From Camelus ferus (Eukaryota), in assembly GCF_009834535.1 (NCBI RefSeq), contig NC_045696.1, forward strand, positions 105,030,001-105,094,000: 64,000 bases of DNA, written 5' to 3'. Below the pieces are notes generated by a model that saw only the letters and a program-made list of their open reading frames with translations, made no database searches and was not told the origin of the DNA. Of this stretch, positions 62,814-64,000 are shown piece by piece. A program made the translations under genes and the position numbers. The stretch's first letter is position 1. Every line of letters starts with the position of its first letter.

Positions 62814-64000
62814 GGAGGGAGGGTTCAAAATGGCGGTACAGGAAGATCCTGAACTCACCTCCACCCATGGGCAAAACAAACCTACAGCTGCATATGGAAT
62901 AAATACCTTTGAAAACTGGATGAAAAGAGTTTCCATAACAAAGGGTAGAAGGACAGCATCAAGACAGGTAGAAGACACAGAGATACAGACTCGTCAAGGA
63001 AAAAAACCATGCCCCAAGCATGGAGATCCACAATCCAGAAGGAGCACAAAGATATGGATCTTTTCAATGATGAGTGAGAGATGCCTCCACACCAGGCACC
63101 CAATCCTCAGATCCTGCACAGGAGAGGCAAGCCCCACAACACTTGGCTTTAGAAACCAATGGGAAATACATCCAAAATAACTATAGAACTGTAGGAAACC
63201 AAAGACCTACTCTTAAAGGGCTTGTGTGCAGACTCACTCAACTCATAAAACACTGCAAAACCTCCAGATTGAAAGGCTAATAGACATAGAAGGGGACCCA
63301 CCTACTAATCTCGAAGTGTCTTCCAGAGAGGTAGAAACCAGTTAGGACTCTCTCTGGGGACTGAGACACTGGTGGAAGCCATTTTTGCAATCTCAGGCTA
63401 CCGTGCTAATGGAAATGCTGGTGGGCATCATTTTGGAAATCTCTCTGTACCTGTTAGCATCAGTGGGCACGTCCTGCCGAGGGCCCCATTCACCCCTGTG
63501 CATCCACTGGGACTCACACTTGGACAGGTGATAACCCCACCCCCCAACACCTCACAGCAGCCATGATGAGGGCCAGCAGCTGTTCTGGGAGCCAGCCTTG
63601 CCCACCAGCACACCACACCAGCAAATCACAGCAACAGCCAAGGCCCCAACACAATAAGAATGTATGTGCAGTCTACACAGTGGACACCCCTTGAGTGCCT
63701 GGCTCCAGTGGCCAGGAAGGACTGTGCTTCTGAGCCCCACAGGGCATCTTCTACCTAGACCACTCCTTCAAGACAGAGAGGTAGTTGATTTAACTCATAC
63801 ATAGAAACAAACACAGAGAATAAGGCAAAATGGGGAGACATAGAATATGTCCCAAATAAAAGAATAAGACAGAATCTCAGAAAAAGAACTAAATACAACA
63901 GAGATAAGCAATCTACCTGATAAAGAGTTCAAAATCATGGTTATAAAAATTCTCACCAAATTTGGGACACAGTGAGAAGTTCAACAAAGAGATGGAAAAT
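62814..64000 (+). mobile_element. L1 5'UTR and disrupted start of ORF1; runs off the window
   Basis: Begins gagggagggttcaaaatggcgg (YY1-type site at an L1 5' end), then ggaagatcctgaactcacctcc. ORF1-like atggggagac at 63830 and aatctacctgataaagagttcaaaatcatgg, with stops/frameshift. Confidence 0.88.

Noticed and set aside
62812..63180. 122-aa ORF as a novel gene
   Set aside because: Lies wholly within the L1 5'UTR; no evidence of coding constraint
1..64000. A novel multi-component biological system or host gene identity
   Set aside because: No intact genes, CpG-island promoter, structured RNA cluster or spacer array seen; the other listed ORFs fit chance or repeat origin; small exons cannot be excluded without alignment

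Overview
Mammalian non-coding DNA (intergenic or deep intronic), most likely from a camelid. The young SINEs are tRNA-derived vic-1-like elements, the young L1 3' ends are cetartiodactyl-type, and I saw no Alu, CHR, Bov-tA or PRE-1. Much of the window is recognisable transposon relics (L1, L2, CR1/L3, MIR, MLT1 and ERV LTRs, hAT and mariner MITEs), often nested and several with readable target-site duplications (TSDs). The only protein-gene homology I recognise is a full-length processed pseudogene of TRMT112 (~23275-23889) inserted in an old L1 5' region. I cannot support any functional coding exon. The best non-repeat signals are a canonical REST/NRSF RE1 site (54062-54082), a CpG-retaining, TGACA/homeobox-rich enhancer-like block (~5.3-5.85 kb), an inverted octamer pair (34390-34423) and a near-perfect 3x28-bp repeat carrying T-box sites (50011-50094). 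I found no evidence of a novel multi-gene system. Repeat family names come from recalled consensus sequences, and boundaries without TSDs are approximate.
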